Shown piece after piece: positions 21,309 to 29,315 of a stretch of 64,000 nucleotides of DNA. Within the stretch, counting starts at the first letter, position 1, and the number at the start of each line of letters is the position of its first letter. Below the pieces are notes generated by a model that worked only from the letters and a program-made list of their open reading frames with translations, made no database searches and was not told the DNA's origin. The position numbers were made by a program, and so were the translations under genes. Source of the DNA: Candidatus Limnocylindria bacterium (GTDB taxonomy: Bacteria > Chloroflexota > Limnocylindria > QHBO01); assembly GCA_036556695.1 (NCBI GenBank), contig DATBIY010000077.1:2661-66660 (forward strand). The letters run 5' to 3'.

Positions 21309-22225
21309 GCGGCGGCGCTCCAGGCGGAGAGGTCGCGTTCCAGCAGTCGGCCGAGCCGCTCGACCTCCGGCGCGAACTCGGCCCGCAGGCGTCGTCGCAG
21401 CTGCGGATCCATGGGCGGCCGTCGCTCGGGGCGGGCGTTCATGTTGAGGACGGTGCGGAACACGCGCTTGCGCAGGTGCGGCGGCATGACGGCGCGCGCC
21501 ACGGCACGCAGGAAGCCGGGCGGGTTGGCGGCCACGTCTCGCACCAGCCGGCTGCGGCTGCGCTTGCTGGGATTGACCACCCGAATCGCGGGCTCGAAGG
21601 TGTCATCCACCTCCAGGAAGCGCAGCACGTCGCGAACGGCCGCCAGGGTATCGGCCTTGAAGTCGTCGTAGAGGATGACGTGCACGCGTTCCCTGCCCAG
21701 GGCGTCGAAGAAGCGCTCGACCTGCTCTGTATAGCGCGCTGAATCTCGGTACAGGAGCGCGACCGGTCGGTTGGCGCCGGGAGGGATGCGCCTCCCGCGA
21801 CGCCGGTCGTCCTCGGCGGCCAGTGCATCGGCGAAGTCCTCGATGTCCTCGGCGCCGATGAAGACCAGCTCGCTGTGCATCGCGTACATCATCTCAACTG
21901 GGTCGCGCAGCATGATGATCGCTCGTGCACCCGGGCTGAACTCGGCGATCTCTCGGGCCGCCAGGCGCGAATGCAGGTAGCGGACCGATGCCTCCCCCAC
22001 CCGCAACTCGTCCCGCGCGTCGGCGAAGTAGCGCAGGTACTCCCCGAGGGTCGGGCGCGGCGTGCGGCGGCGCTCCAGGTCGCTGCCGAAGTAGTGCAGC
22101 TCCTTGGCGGCCGGCAGGAAGATCTGCGGGTGCTGGCGCAGGTAGTCGTAGAGGGCGGTGGTGCCTGCCTTGGGAGCCCCGGGAATGAAGAAGTCCGGAC
22201 GGCGGGGGTTGGGCCGCGCGCTCAA
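21305..22225 (-). CDS. Carbohydrate sulfotransferase (Sulfotransfer_1/3, heparan-sulfate OST-like), paralog 2
   Basis: 5'-PSB motif FFIPGAPKAGTTALYDYL and 3'-PB motif IIMLRDPVEMMYAMHSE. Start assigned to TTG 22225, overlapping the upstream stop (TTGA); the 130-aa 5' extension in the track is spurious. Confidence 0.75.
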   Translation of the reverse strand: MSARPNPRRPDFFIPGAPKAGTTALYDYLRQHPQIFLPAAKELHYFGSDLERRRTPRPTLGEYLRYFADARDELRVGEASVRYLHSRLAAREIAEFSPGARAIIMLRDPVEMMYAMHSELVFIGAEDIEDFADALAAEDDRRRGRRIPPGANRPVALLYRDSARYTEQVERFFDALGRERVHVILYDDFKADTLAAVRDVLRFLEVDDTFEPAIRVVNPSKRSRSRLVRDVAANPPGFLRAVARAVMPPHLRKRVFRTVLNMNARPERRPPMDPQLRRRLRAEFAPEVERLGRLLERDLSAWSAAA

Positions 22226-23121
22226 GCCTGCCTCACCGCCGTCCAGGCGGAGAGGTCCCGCCCGATGACTCCAGCCAGGCGATCCACGTCGGGCGCGAAC
22301 TCGGCGGTGAGCCTGGCCCGCAGCTCGGCCGACATGCGCGGCCGCTCGGCGTAGCGGATGTTGGCCCGCTTCACCGCTCGGGAGACGGCGTGCGAGATCG
22401 GCCCGGGGAGGCGGTTGGTGACGGCCACGTAAGCCGGGTGGTAGGTGATGCGTCGCAGCAGCTCGGAGCGCACCCCCTTGTTCTGGTTCACCACCGAGAA
22501 GTCCGGCGCGAAGCTGGAATCCACCTCCAGAAACTCGAGCGTATCGCGGTAGGTGGCCGCGGCATCCGCGCTGAGGTCGTCGTACAGGATCACCTTGAGC
22601 TGCTCGGTGCCCCACACCTCGAGCCAGCGCTCGACGTGCTCGGCGTAGCGCCCGCAGGCCCGGTACAGCAGCCCCTCCGGCCTGCGCACGCCCGGCGGCA
22701 GTCGCCGGCCCTCGGCGCGGTCCGGCTCGGCGGCCAGCGCCTCCTCGAACTCGGCGATGTCCTCGTTGGCGGTGAAGAGCTGGTGGCTGTGCAGCGAGTG
22801 AACCATGTCGACCGGGTTGCGCAGCATGATGATGATCCGCGCGTCCGGCACGAAGTCACGTATCTCGCGAGCGGCCGTCTGTGAGTAGAGGTACCAGACC
22901 GTGGCCTCACCGCGCCGCGCACGGCCGGCTCCCGGCTCGAACAGCTCCCGATAGCCTGCCTCGTCCAGGTAGGGCTTCCGCTTCTGGAGGTCCGCGCCGA
23001 AATAGACCGGCTCCTTGCGCAGCGGCATGAACACGTCGGGATGCTGGCGCAGGTAGTCGTACATGGCCGTCGTACCGCAGCGGGGCGCGCCGGCGATGAA
23101 AAAGTTGGGGCCGGTTGTCAC
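22222..23121 (-). CDS. Carbohydrate sulfotransferase (heparan-sulfate OST-like), paralog 1
   Basis: FFIAGAPRCGTTAMYDYL (5'-PSB) and IIIMLRNPVDMVHSLHSH (3'-PB). Start GTG 23121 overlaps the TagF-like stop (GTGA). The 661-aa track ORF fuses it artefactually to an out-of-frame overlap of the upstream gene. Confidence 0.75.
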   Translation of the reverse strand: MTTGPNFFIAGAPRCGTTAMYDYLRQHPDVFMPLRKEPVYFGADLQKRKPYLDEAGYRELFEPGAGRARRGEATVWYLYSQTAAREIRDFVPDARIIIMLRNPVDMVHSLHSHQLFTANEDIAEFEEALAAEPDRAEGRRLPPGVRRPEGLLYRACGRYAEHVERWLEVWGTEQLKVILYDDLSADAAATYRDTLEFLEVDSSFAPDFSVVNQNKGVRSELLRRITYHPAYVAVTNRLPGPISHAVSRAVKRANIRYAERPRMSAELRARLTAEFAPDVDRLAGVIGRDLSAWTAVRQA

Positions 23122-24374
23122 TCGCCGGAGTTTAGGGTGAGCGTCGGACCGCTGCGCTCGGCGGCCGGTTCGAGCTCGAGGCCGATGCGCTCGGCCACGG
23201 CGCGCACGATGCGCTCCGAGCTTCCTGGCTCGTCGCGGTCCCGCTGCCGCTGGCGGATACGCCGCGCTGCGTCGCGCGCCTGGCGGTCGTCGCCGCGGGC
23301 GGATGCCGCCAGCGCTGGCAGCAGCGACTGCCACGTCTCGTGGTACGTCCCGCCGGTGAAGGCCTCGTAGGGCTCGTACAGCCCCAGCCCGCCGCGGTAG
23401 GCGGCCAGGTCTGGCGCGAAGAAATGGATGGGCCGATCGAGCAGCGCGTAATCCGACGCGGCGCTGGAGTAGTCGGTCAGCAGCGCATCGCCGACGCGCA
23501 GCAGGGCGTTGGGGTCGACGTCCCGCTGGTCGAGCAGCCGGATCCTGGGGTGCTCGGGCAGGCGCCCGCGAAACACGGCCTGATCGGCGTAGGGATGCGG
23601 CTTGATGGCCAGCAGCGCCGGCGTGCCGGCGAGGTGGCGGTCGAGGGCGTCGGCGTCGAGGGCCGGCAGCCAGCCGGCGTCGCCCTCGTCGCGCCAAGTG
23701 GGCAGCCACAGCACCACGTACGCGTCGGCGGGGAGTCCGAGACGCTGCCGCAGGTCCCTGCCACCCACCCGGTCCAGCGCCTCGGCACCAAGGATCACGT
23801 CGAAGCGCGGCGTTCCCAGCGCCACGACTTTGCGCTCCGGCGCAGCGAACGCCGTCTTGAACCGTTCCTTGCCCAGCTCGCCCTGGGCGATCACCAGGTC
23901 GACCTGGCCCAGGCGCCGCGCGACCAGCCAGCGGCGCAGGCGGGCAACCATGCGCCGCCGCCAGGACGATGCCCGCAGTTCCGGATCGTCCATGTCCAGC
24001 AGGATCTTCTTGTTCGGCATGCCGTGCCGCATGTCGACCACGAAGGCGCCGCCCAGGTACGCGGCTTCCACGTCCTGGAAGCCGCTGGACAGGAAGGCGA
24101 CCCGCGCCCGCGACTGGACATCGTGAGCCTCGGGGCTGCCGCGTCGGGCGACGCGCAGGCCGGCAGCCCGGGCGGCACCGGCCTCCGCGTCGCTGCGTGC
24201 GATCCACCAGGCCTCGATCTGCGGATGTGCGTGGGCCACGTGCTCCGCCAGGTAGCGCGAGTTGTCAGCGAAGCCCTTGACGCTGCCAAAAACCCAGGTG
24301 CGCGGGTCGCGATGACGGAGGTGCCCGAGGACGTAGCGCGCGGCGACTCGTCCGCGCCGCAGGGCATCAGCCAC
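23118..24374 (-). CDS. CDP-glycerol:glycan glycerophosphotransferase (TagB/TagF family)
   Basis: LTDYSSAASDYALLDRPIHFFAPDL and IKPHPY regions are characteristic of the Glyphos_transf (TagF) domain; 418 aa. Confidence 0.7.
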   Translation of the reverse strand: MADALRRGRVAARYVLGHLRHRDPRTWVFGSVKGFADNSRYLAEHVAHAHPQIEAWWIARSDAEAGAARAAGLRVARRGSPEAHDVQSRARVAFLSSGFQDVEAAYLGGAFVVDMRHGMPNKKILLDMDDPELRASSWRRRMVARLRRWLVARRLGQVDLVIAQGELGKERFKTAFAAPERKVVALGTPRFDVILGAEALDRVGGRDLRQRLGLPADAYVVLWLPTWRDEGDAGWLPALDADALDRHLAGTPALLAIKPHPYADQAVFRGRLPEHPRIRLLDQRDVDPNALLRVGDALLTDYSSAASDYALLDRPIHFFAPDLAAYRGGLGLYEPYEAFTGGTYHETWQSLLPALAASARGDDRQARDAARRIRQRQRDRDEPGSSERIVRAVAERIGLELEPAAERSGPTLTLNSGE

Positions 24375-25296
24375 CGGCGGCCACGCCTTCGGCCGCGGGC
24401 CTGTGTGGCACGCGCTGCTCTCGCCAGGCGGGCAGCGGGTGGAGCAACTCCTCCACGTAGCGGATGTCCGGCTCGAACAGCTCGGTCATGCGGCGCCAGA
24501 CGTCCGGGGCCAGCTCCGGGTAGGCCGTGCGCCGCAGGTTCAGCAGATCCAGCCGTCCACGAACGTCGCGCGCCCTGTGGCGCAGGCCGGCTGGCAGGAA
24601 GGTCCAGCGCATGCGCTTCGTCCGGCGCAGCAGCCCGTGCACCAGCGACGAGGCCGGCTTGCCATGCGGGTTGTACTCGCGGTGGTACTCGGCGTGGAAG
24701 CTGTCATCCACGCCAATGAAGCGGCAGACCTCGCGATAGGTGCGCGCCGGATCCGCCCGGAAGTCGTCGAAGGTGGCGACGTACACCCGCTCCGGCCCGA
24801 AGGCCTCGCGGTAGCGCTGCAGGTGCTCGGCATAGCGGCTGACATAGTCCAGGTAGCGCAGCTGCGGGTCGTCGTCCAGGATCGCCTCGAACGGCGGCAG
24901 GCGGTGGCCGTTCTTGCGGTAGTGCCAGTAGTGCGAGTACGCGCGATCCACCGGCTGGCGCAGCACGAAGATGATGCGCAGCCCCGGAACGTGGCGCTCC
25001 ATCAGCTCCGGCGCATCGCGGGCGCAGAGGTAGTGCGTGCTGGCCTCGCCGCGCGCCGCACGGCCCTCGCCGCCCTCGAACAGGCTTTCGTACCAGTCCA
25101 TGCCGCGGGCATAGCTATCCGGGCGCGGCCGGCCCACGATCCGCACCCCGGGCGCGGGCTCGCTCACCTCGCGGGTGAAGAAGTGCGGCTCCTTGAAGGC
25201 GGTCATGAACACGTCCGGGTGCTCGCGCAGCATGCCCCACAGGGCGGTGGTCCCCGATTTCGGCGCGCCACCGATGACGAAGGTCGGAAGGGTCAC
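24367..25296 (-). CDS. Carbohydrate sulfotransferase (heparan-sulfate OST-like), paralog 3
   Basis: FVIGGAPKSGTTALWGML (5'-PSB) and IIFVLRQPVDRAYSHYWH (3'-PB); 309 aa; overlaps the downstream gene start by 8 nt. Confidence 0.8.
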   Translation of the reverse strand: MTLPTFVIGGAPKSGTTALWGMLREHPDVFMTAFKEPHFFTREVSEPAPGVRIVGRPRPDSYARGMDWYESLFEGGEGRAARGEASTHYLCARDAPELMERHVPGLRIIFVLRQPVDRAYSHYWHYRKNGHRLPPFEAILDDDPQLRYLDYVSRYAEHLQRYREAFGPERVYVATFDDFRADPARTYREVCRFIGVDDSFHAEYHREYNPHGKPASSLVHGLLRRTKRMRWTFLPAGLRHRARDVRGRLDLLNLRRTAYPELAPDVWRRMTELFEPDIRYVEELLHPLPAWREQRVPHRPAAEGVAAGG

Positions 25297-25328
25297 CCGG
25301 CCATCTTAGGGCGAGCGCTGAGATGGCC

Positions 25329-26912
25329 TCAGATGTCCTCGTCCAGGCCGGCCGACAGGCCCGGGTCCGGCTCCGGGCCGGCGTCTGGCGCCCCACCGCG
25401 CTTGCGACGGCCGCCACGCCGAAAGACCTCGGAGAGCAGGGCCAGCACGTCGTGGACCAGGCGCCGTTCGACCAGCCAGATGACTAGCACATAGGTAGCC
25501 CCGCCGGCGATCACCTCCGCCGCCAGCAGCAGGCTCAGCGAGCCGTGACCGGCGAGCAGGAGCTTGACCAGCAGGACGACCGCGGCCATCGCAGCGGTGG
25601 CGATGGCCACGCCCTGCAGCCGGCCCAGGTACTCACCGATCGGGATCTGGCCGTATCGGCTCATCCAGGACAGGTTGAGCGGCAGGAGCAGGTAGCCGCG
25701 CAGCACGAAGGCAGCCGCCACGGCCAGGATGCCGAACCACACCGCGATCAGGAAGCCGGCCACGTTGGTCACGGTGGTGATGAAGCGGAAGCGCAGCACC
25801 ACACCCGGCTGGCCGATGGCGTTCAGGTAGGCGCCGCTGAAGGCCTGCAGCGTCAGCACCGGGCCGATCAGGAACAGCACCGCCGCCACCGGGCCGCTAT
25901 CGGTCCAGGTCCGCCCGAAGACGAGGATGGTCATCTCGGGAGCAACCAACGCCAGACCGATGTAGCCCGGCAGGATGAACGCGCCGGCCACGCGCGTGAC
26001 CTGGAAGTAGCTGCGCCGCATGCGCGGAACGTCGCCCTGCAGGCGCGAGAAGGCCGGGAAAGCCACGCGCCGCGCCACGTTGATGAGCAGGTTCTGGGTG
26101 ACTGTCAGCACCCGGTAGCCGACGGAGTACAGCCCCAGCGGCGTGAAGCCCAGCACGACCCCGATGAGCAGGTTGTCGACGTTGCGCGACAGGAAGTTGA
26201 GGACGTCGGAGCCGACCACCTTGAGACCGAACGCGGATAGCTCGCGAAAATCGGCGAACGAGGCCTGGATGCTCGGGCGCCAGGGACTGGCTCGCCACAG
26301 GACCAGCAGCGAGACCACCGCGGTGACCAGCTGCTGCGCCACCAGCGCCCAGGCGCCGGCCCCGTACAGGGCCAGCCCCACGCCGGCGATGCCGCCCGCC
26401 GCGGTGGAGATGAGGGCACGCATCGCCAGCTCGCGGAACCGGAACTCGCGCCGCAGGATGGCGATCTGGATGCTGCTGCCGGCTGCCGGCAGGAAGCTGA
26501 AGCTCAGTGCCTGCAGGACGGCGGTCAGCGCCGCCTGCTGCTTCGGCTCGGCAACCACCAGTGCGACCGGGGCCGCGAGCAGGATGCCGGCGAGGGTGAG
26601 CACCACGCCCGTGGCCACGGCCGCCCAGAAGGCGGTGTTCAGCTGGCTGGGGGAGATCGTCTGCTTCTGGATGAGCGCGTCGCCCAGCCCCTGGTCGACG
26701 ATGAGCTGAAAGAGGAGGATGAAGGTCGCGGCCAGCGCCACCAGCCCGAAGTCATCCGGCGTCAGCAGCCGCGCCAGCAGCACGAAGACGAGCAGGTTGA
26801 GCAGCTGGCGTCCCCAGGTGTCGACGATGGTCCAGGTCAGGCCTCGGGCGACATGCCCGCGCAGGCCCCTCGTCTCCTCGCCGTGCACCGACGGCAGCCA
26901 CGGGTCGCCCAA
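25329..26912 (-). CDS. Wzx-type oligosaccharide flippase (MOP/polysaccharide biosynthesis protein family)
   Basis: About 14 TM helices with the Polysacc_synt layout and a charged, Pro-rich cytoplasmic C-terminal tail; 527 aa. Confidence 0.75.
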   Translation of the reverse strand: MGDPWLPSVHGEETRGLRGHVARGLTWTIVDTWGRQLLNLLVFVLLARLLTPDDFGLVALAATFILLFQLIVDQGLGDALIQKQTISPSQLNTAFWAAVATGVVLTLAGILLAAPVALVVAEPKQQAALTAVLQALSFSFLPAAGSSIQIAILRREFRFRELAMRALISTAAGGIAGVGLALYGAGAWALVAQQLVTAVVSLLVLWRASPWRPSIQASFADFRELSAFGLKVVGSDVLNFLSRNVDNLLIGVVLGFTPLGLYSVGYRVLTVTQNLLINVARRVAFPAFSRLQGDVPRMRRSYFQVTRVAGAFILPGYIGLALVAPEMTILVFGRTWTDSGPVAAVLFLIGPVLTLQAFSGAYLNAIGQPGVVLRFRFITTVTNVAGFLIAVWFGILAVAAAFVLRGYLLLPLNLSWMSRYGQIPIGEYLGRLQGVAIATAAMAAVVLLVKLLLAGHGSLSLLLAAEVIAGGATYVLVIWLVERRLVHDVLALLSEVFRRGGRRKRGGAPDAGPEPDPGLSAGLDEDI

Positions 26913-26982
26913 GCGCTCTCCTCGTCGGATGAAGTCGGGTTGGAGTGTAGCCGCGAGGGAGCGACGCTAGGCTTGCCGCTGC

Positions 26983-27918
26983 ATGACCAGCGACCGCTTT
27001 CCGGACTTCTTCATCGTCGGCGCCTTCAAGAGCGGCACCACCGCGCTGTACGAGTACCTGCGCCCGCACCCGCAGGTGTTCATGCCGTTCCACAAGGAGC
27101 CGCTCTATTTCGGCGACGACCTGACTCGGCGTTACGGGCGCATGACGCGGGAGCAGTACCTCGACCTCTTCCGGGCTGCGCGGCCCGACCAGCGGGTGGG
27201 CGAGGCATCGGCCTGGTACCTGTACTCGCGCTCGGCGGCGCGGGAGATCGCCGCCGCCTCGCCGGGCGCACAGATCGTGGTGATGCTGCGCAACCCGGTG
27301 GACGTCATGTACGCCGAGCACAGCCAGCTGATCTTCAACGTGGAGGAGGACATCCACGCCTTCGCCGAGGCGCTGGAGGCGGAGCCGGCGCGCCGCCGGG
27401 GCGAGCGCATGCCACCCGGGCCGCTGCGACCGGAGACGCTGTACTACCGCGAGAGCGTGCGCTTCGCCGAGCAGCTGGAGCGCTACTTCGACACCTTCGG
27501 CCACGAACGGGTCCATGTCATCGTCTACGAGGACTTCCGCGATGACACGCCGGGCACGTATCGGGCACTGCTCGAGTTCTTGGGCGTGGATCCCGGCTTC
27601 GTGCCCGACTTCGCGATCCGCAACCCGAACAAGAGCGTGCGCTCGTCGCTGCTCCAGCGCCTGACCTACCAGCCTCCCGGACCCCTGCTGCGGCTGGTCC
27701 CGGTGCTGCGGCGCTTCCCGCTGGTCCACCGGCTGCGGGACATGGTGCTGCGGCTGAACAGCTCACCGGCCCCGCGCCGGGCGATGGACCCGGACCTGCG
27801 CAGGCGCCTGACCCATGAGCTGCGGCCGGAGGTCGAGCGGCTGGGCACGCTCATCGGCCGCGACCTGTCGGCATGGACCGCGGTCGGGGACCCGGCCGGA
27901 GACCCGCCTGCGGCGTGA
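26983..27918 (+). CDS. Carbohydrate sulfotransferase (heparan-sulfate OST-like), paralog 4
   Basis: FFIVGAFKSGTTALYEYL (5'-PSB; Phe replaces the usual Pro, Lys retained) and IVVMLRNPVDVMYAEHSQ (3'-PB); 311 aa. Confidence 0.8.
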   Translation: MTSDRFPDFFIVGAFKSGTTALYEYLRPHPQVFMPFHKEPLYFGDDLTRRYGRMTREQYLDLFRAARPDQRVGEASAWYLYSRSAAREIAAASPGAQIVVMLRNPVDVMYAEHSQLIFNVEEDIHAFAEALEAEPARRRGERMPPGPLRPETLYYRESVRFAEQLERYFDTFGHERVHVIVYEDFRDDTPGTYRALLEFLGVDPGFVPDFAIRNPNKSVRSSLLQRLTYQPPGPLLRLVPVLRRFPLVHRLRDMVLRLNSSPAPRRAMDPDLRRRLTHELRPEVERLGTLIGRDLSAWTAVGDPAGDPPAA

Positions 27919-27985
27919 CCTGTGGCGATTCGTGTACGGTGTGCGGCGCGCTCGAACAGCGCGTGATCAACAGCAGGGAGACGGC

Positions 27986-29299
27986 GTGCAGGTAGCCATC
28001 ATCGGACTCGGATATGTCGGGGCGACCACTGCGGCCTGCCTGGCCGACCTGGGCCGCCAGGTGGTCGGCGTCGACACTGACGCCACCAAGGCCCAGGCGA
28101 TTGCCGCCGGCCGCTCACCAATCGCCGAGCCGGGGCTGGACGACCTGCTGGCCAAGGGGGTGGCGGCCGGGCGCATCCGGGTCGCGGGCCTTGCCGAGGC
28201 GGTGGCCGACGCGGACCTGATCATGATCGCGGTGGGCACGCCCTCCGCCCCGTCCGGGGCGCTCGACCTGACGGCCGTGCAGCGCGTGGCCGAGCAGATC
28301 GGTGCGGCGCTGCCGCGCGACGACCGCTTCCGGACGGTGGTCGTGCGCAGCACAGTCCTGCCCGGCACCACCGAGGAGATGGTCCAGCGCGCCCTCGAAG
28401 ACGGGTCGTCTATGCGCGCCGGCACCGACTTCGGGCTGGCCATGAACCCCGAGTTCCTGCGCGAGGGGACCAGCATCCGCGACTTCCACGAGGCCTCGCG
28501 CACCGTCATCGGCGCCAACGACGATCGCTCCGCCAGCCGGGTGCGCGACGCCTACGAAGGCCTCGCCTCGCCGTTCGAGGTGGTGCCAATCCGCACGGCC
28601 GAGATGGTGAAGTACACCGACAACGCATTCCACGCCACGAAGATCGCCTTCGCCAACGAGATCGCCTCCTTCGCGCGGGCCAACGGCGTGGACGGTCGCG
28701 ACGTCATGCGGCTGATGATGGCCGACGATCGGCTCAACATCTCGACCGCCTACCTGCGCCCCGGCTACTCCTTCGGCGGCTCGTGCCTGCCCAAGGATCT
28801 GCGGGCCATCACGGACCGCGCGCGGAAGTCGGATATCGACCTGCCGCTGCTCAACGCCGCGATCACCAGCAACGCGGCGCACTTCGAGCGCGGGGTGCGG
28901 CTGGTCGAGGCGGCAGGCAGCCGCGACGTGGCAATCCTGGGGCTGTCGTTCAAGTCGTCGACCGACGACCTGCGCGAGTCGCCGGCGGTGGCGCTGGCCG
29001 AGCGCCTCATCGGCAAGGGTTGCCGCGTCACCATCTACGACCCGGACGTCGACCCGGCGCTGCTGCGCGGCGCGAACCGCGCCTTCATGGAGCAGCACCT
29101 GCCGCACCTGGTGCAGCTGCTGTGCTCGTCGCTGGCTGAGGCCGTGACACCGGCGGGCACGGTGGTCGTCACTAAGCACTGGCCGGCGCTGGAGGAACTG
29201 GCAGGCCTGCTGCGTGACGAGCAGCGCATCGTGGACCTCGTCGGCGTGCCGGCGCTGCAGTCGCTCGGCGCGCATCGCTACGCCGGCATCGGCTGGTGA
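27986..29299 (+). CDS. Nucleotide-sugar 6-dehydrogenase (UDP-glucose/GDP-mannose dehydrogenase family)
   Basis: VAIIGLGYVGATTAACLA Rossmann motif and catalytic GGSCLPKD. Start set to GTG 27986 with GGGAGA 4 nt upstream; the track's 5' extension overlaps the preceding sulfotransferase. Confidence 0.8.
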   Translation: MQVAIIGLGYVGATTAACLADLGRQVVGVDTDATKAQAIAAGRSPIAEPGLDDLLAKGVAAGRIRVAGLAEAVADADLIMIAVGTPSAPSGALDLTAVQRVAEQIGAALPRDDRFRTVVVRSTVLPGTTEEMVQRALEDGSSMRAGTDFGLAMNPEFLREGTSIRDFHEASRTVIGANDDRSASRVRDAYEGLASPFEVVPIRTAEMVKYTDNAFHATKIAFANEIASFARANGVDGRDVMRLMMADDRLNISTAYLRPGYSFGGSCLPKDLRAITDRARKSDIDLPLLNAAITSNAAHFERGVRLVEAAGSRDVAILGLSFKSSTDDLRESPAVALAERLIGKGCRVTIYDPDVDPALLRGANRAFMEQHLPHLVQLLCSSLAEAVTPAGTVVVTKHWPALEELAGLLRDEQRIVDLVGVPALQSLGAHRYAGIGW

Positions 29300-29315
29300 G
29301 GGTCGCGCCGGCACG

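Noticed and set aside
22225-22615. 130-aa N-terminal extension of ORF 21305..22615
   Set aside because: Arg/Gly/Pro-rich, overlaps the upstream sulfotransferase 3' end. Homology to the other three paralogs starts at TTG 22225.
23121-24207. N-terminal ~360 aa of the 661-aa ORF 22222..24207
   Set aside because: Overlaps the TagF-like gene in another frame. Sulfotransferase homology begins at the GTG overlapping the TagF-like stop.
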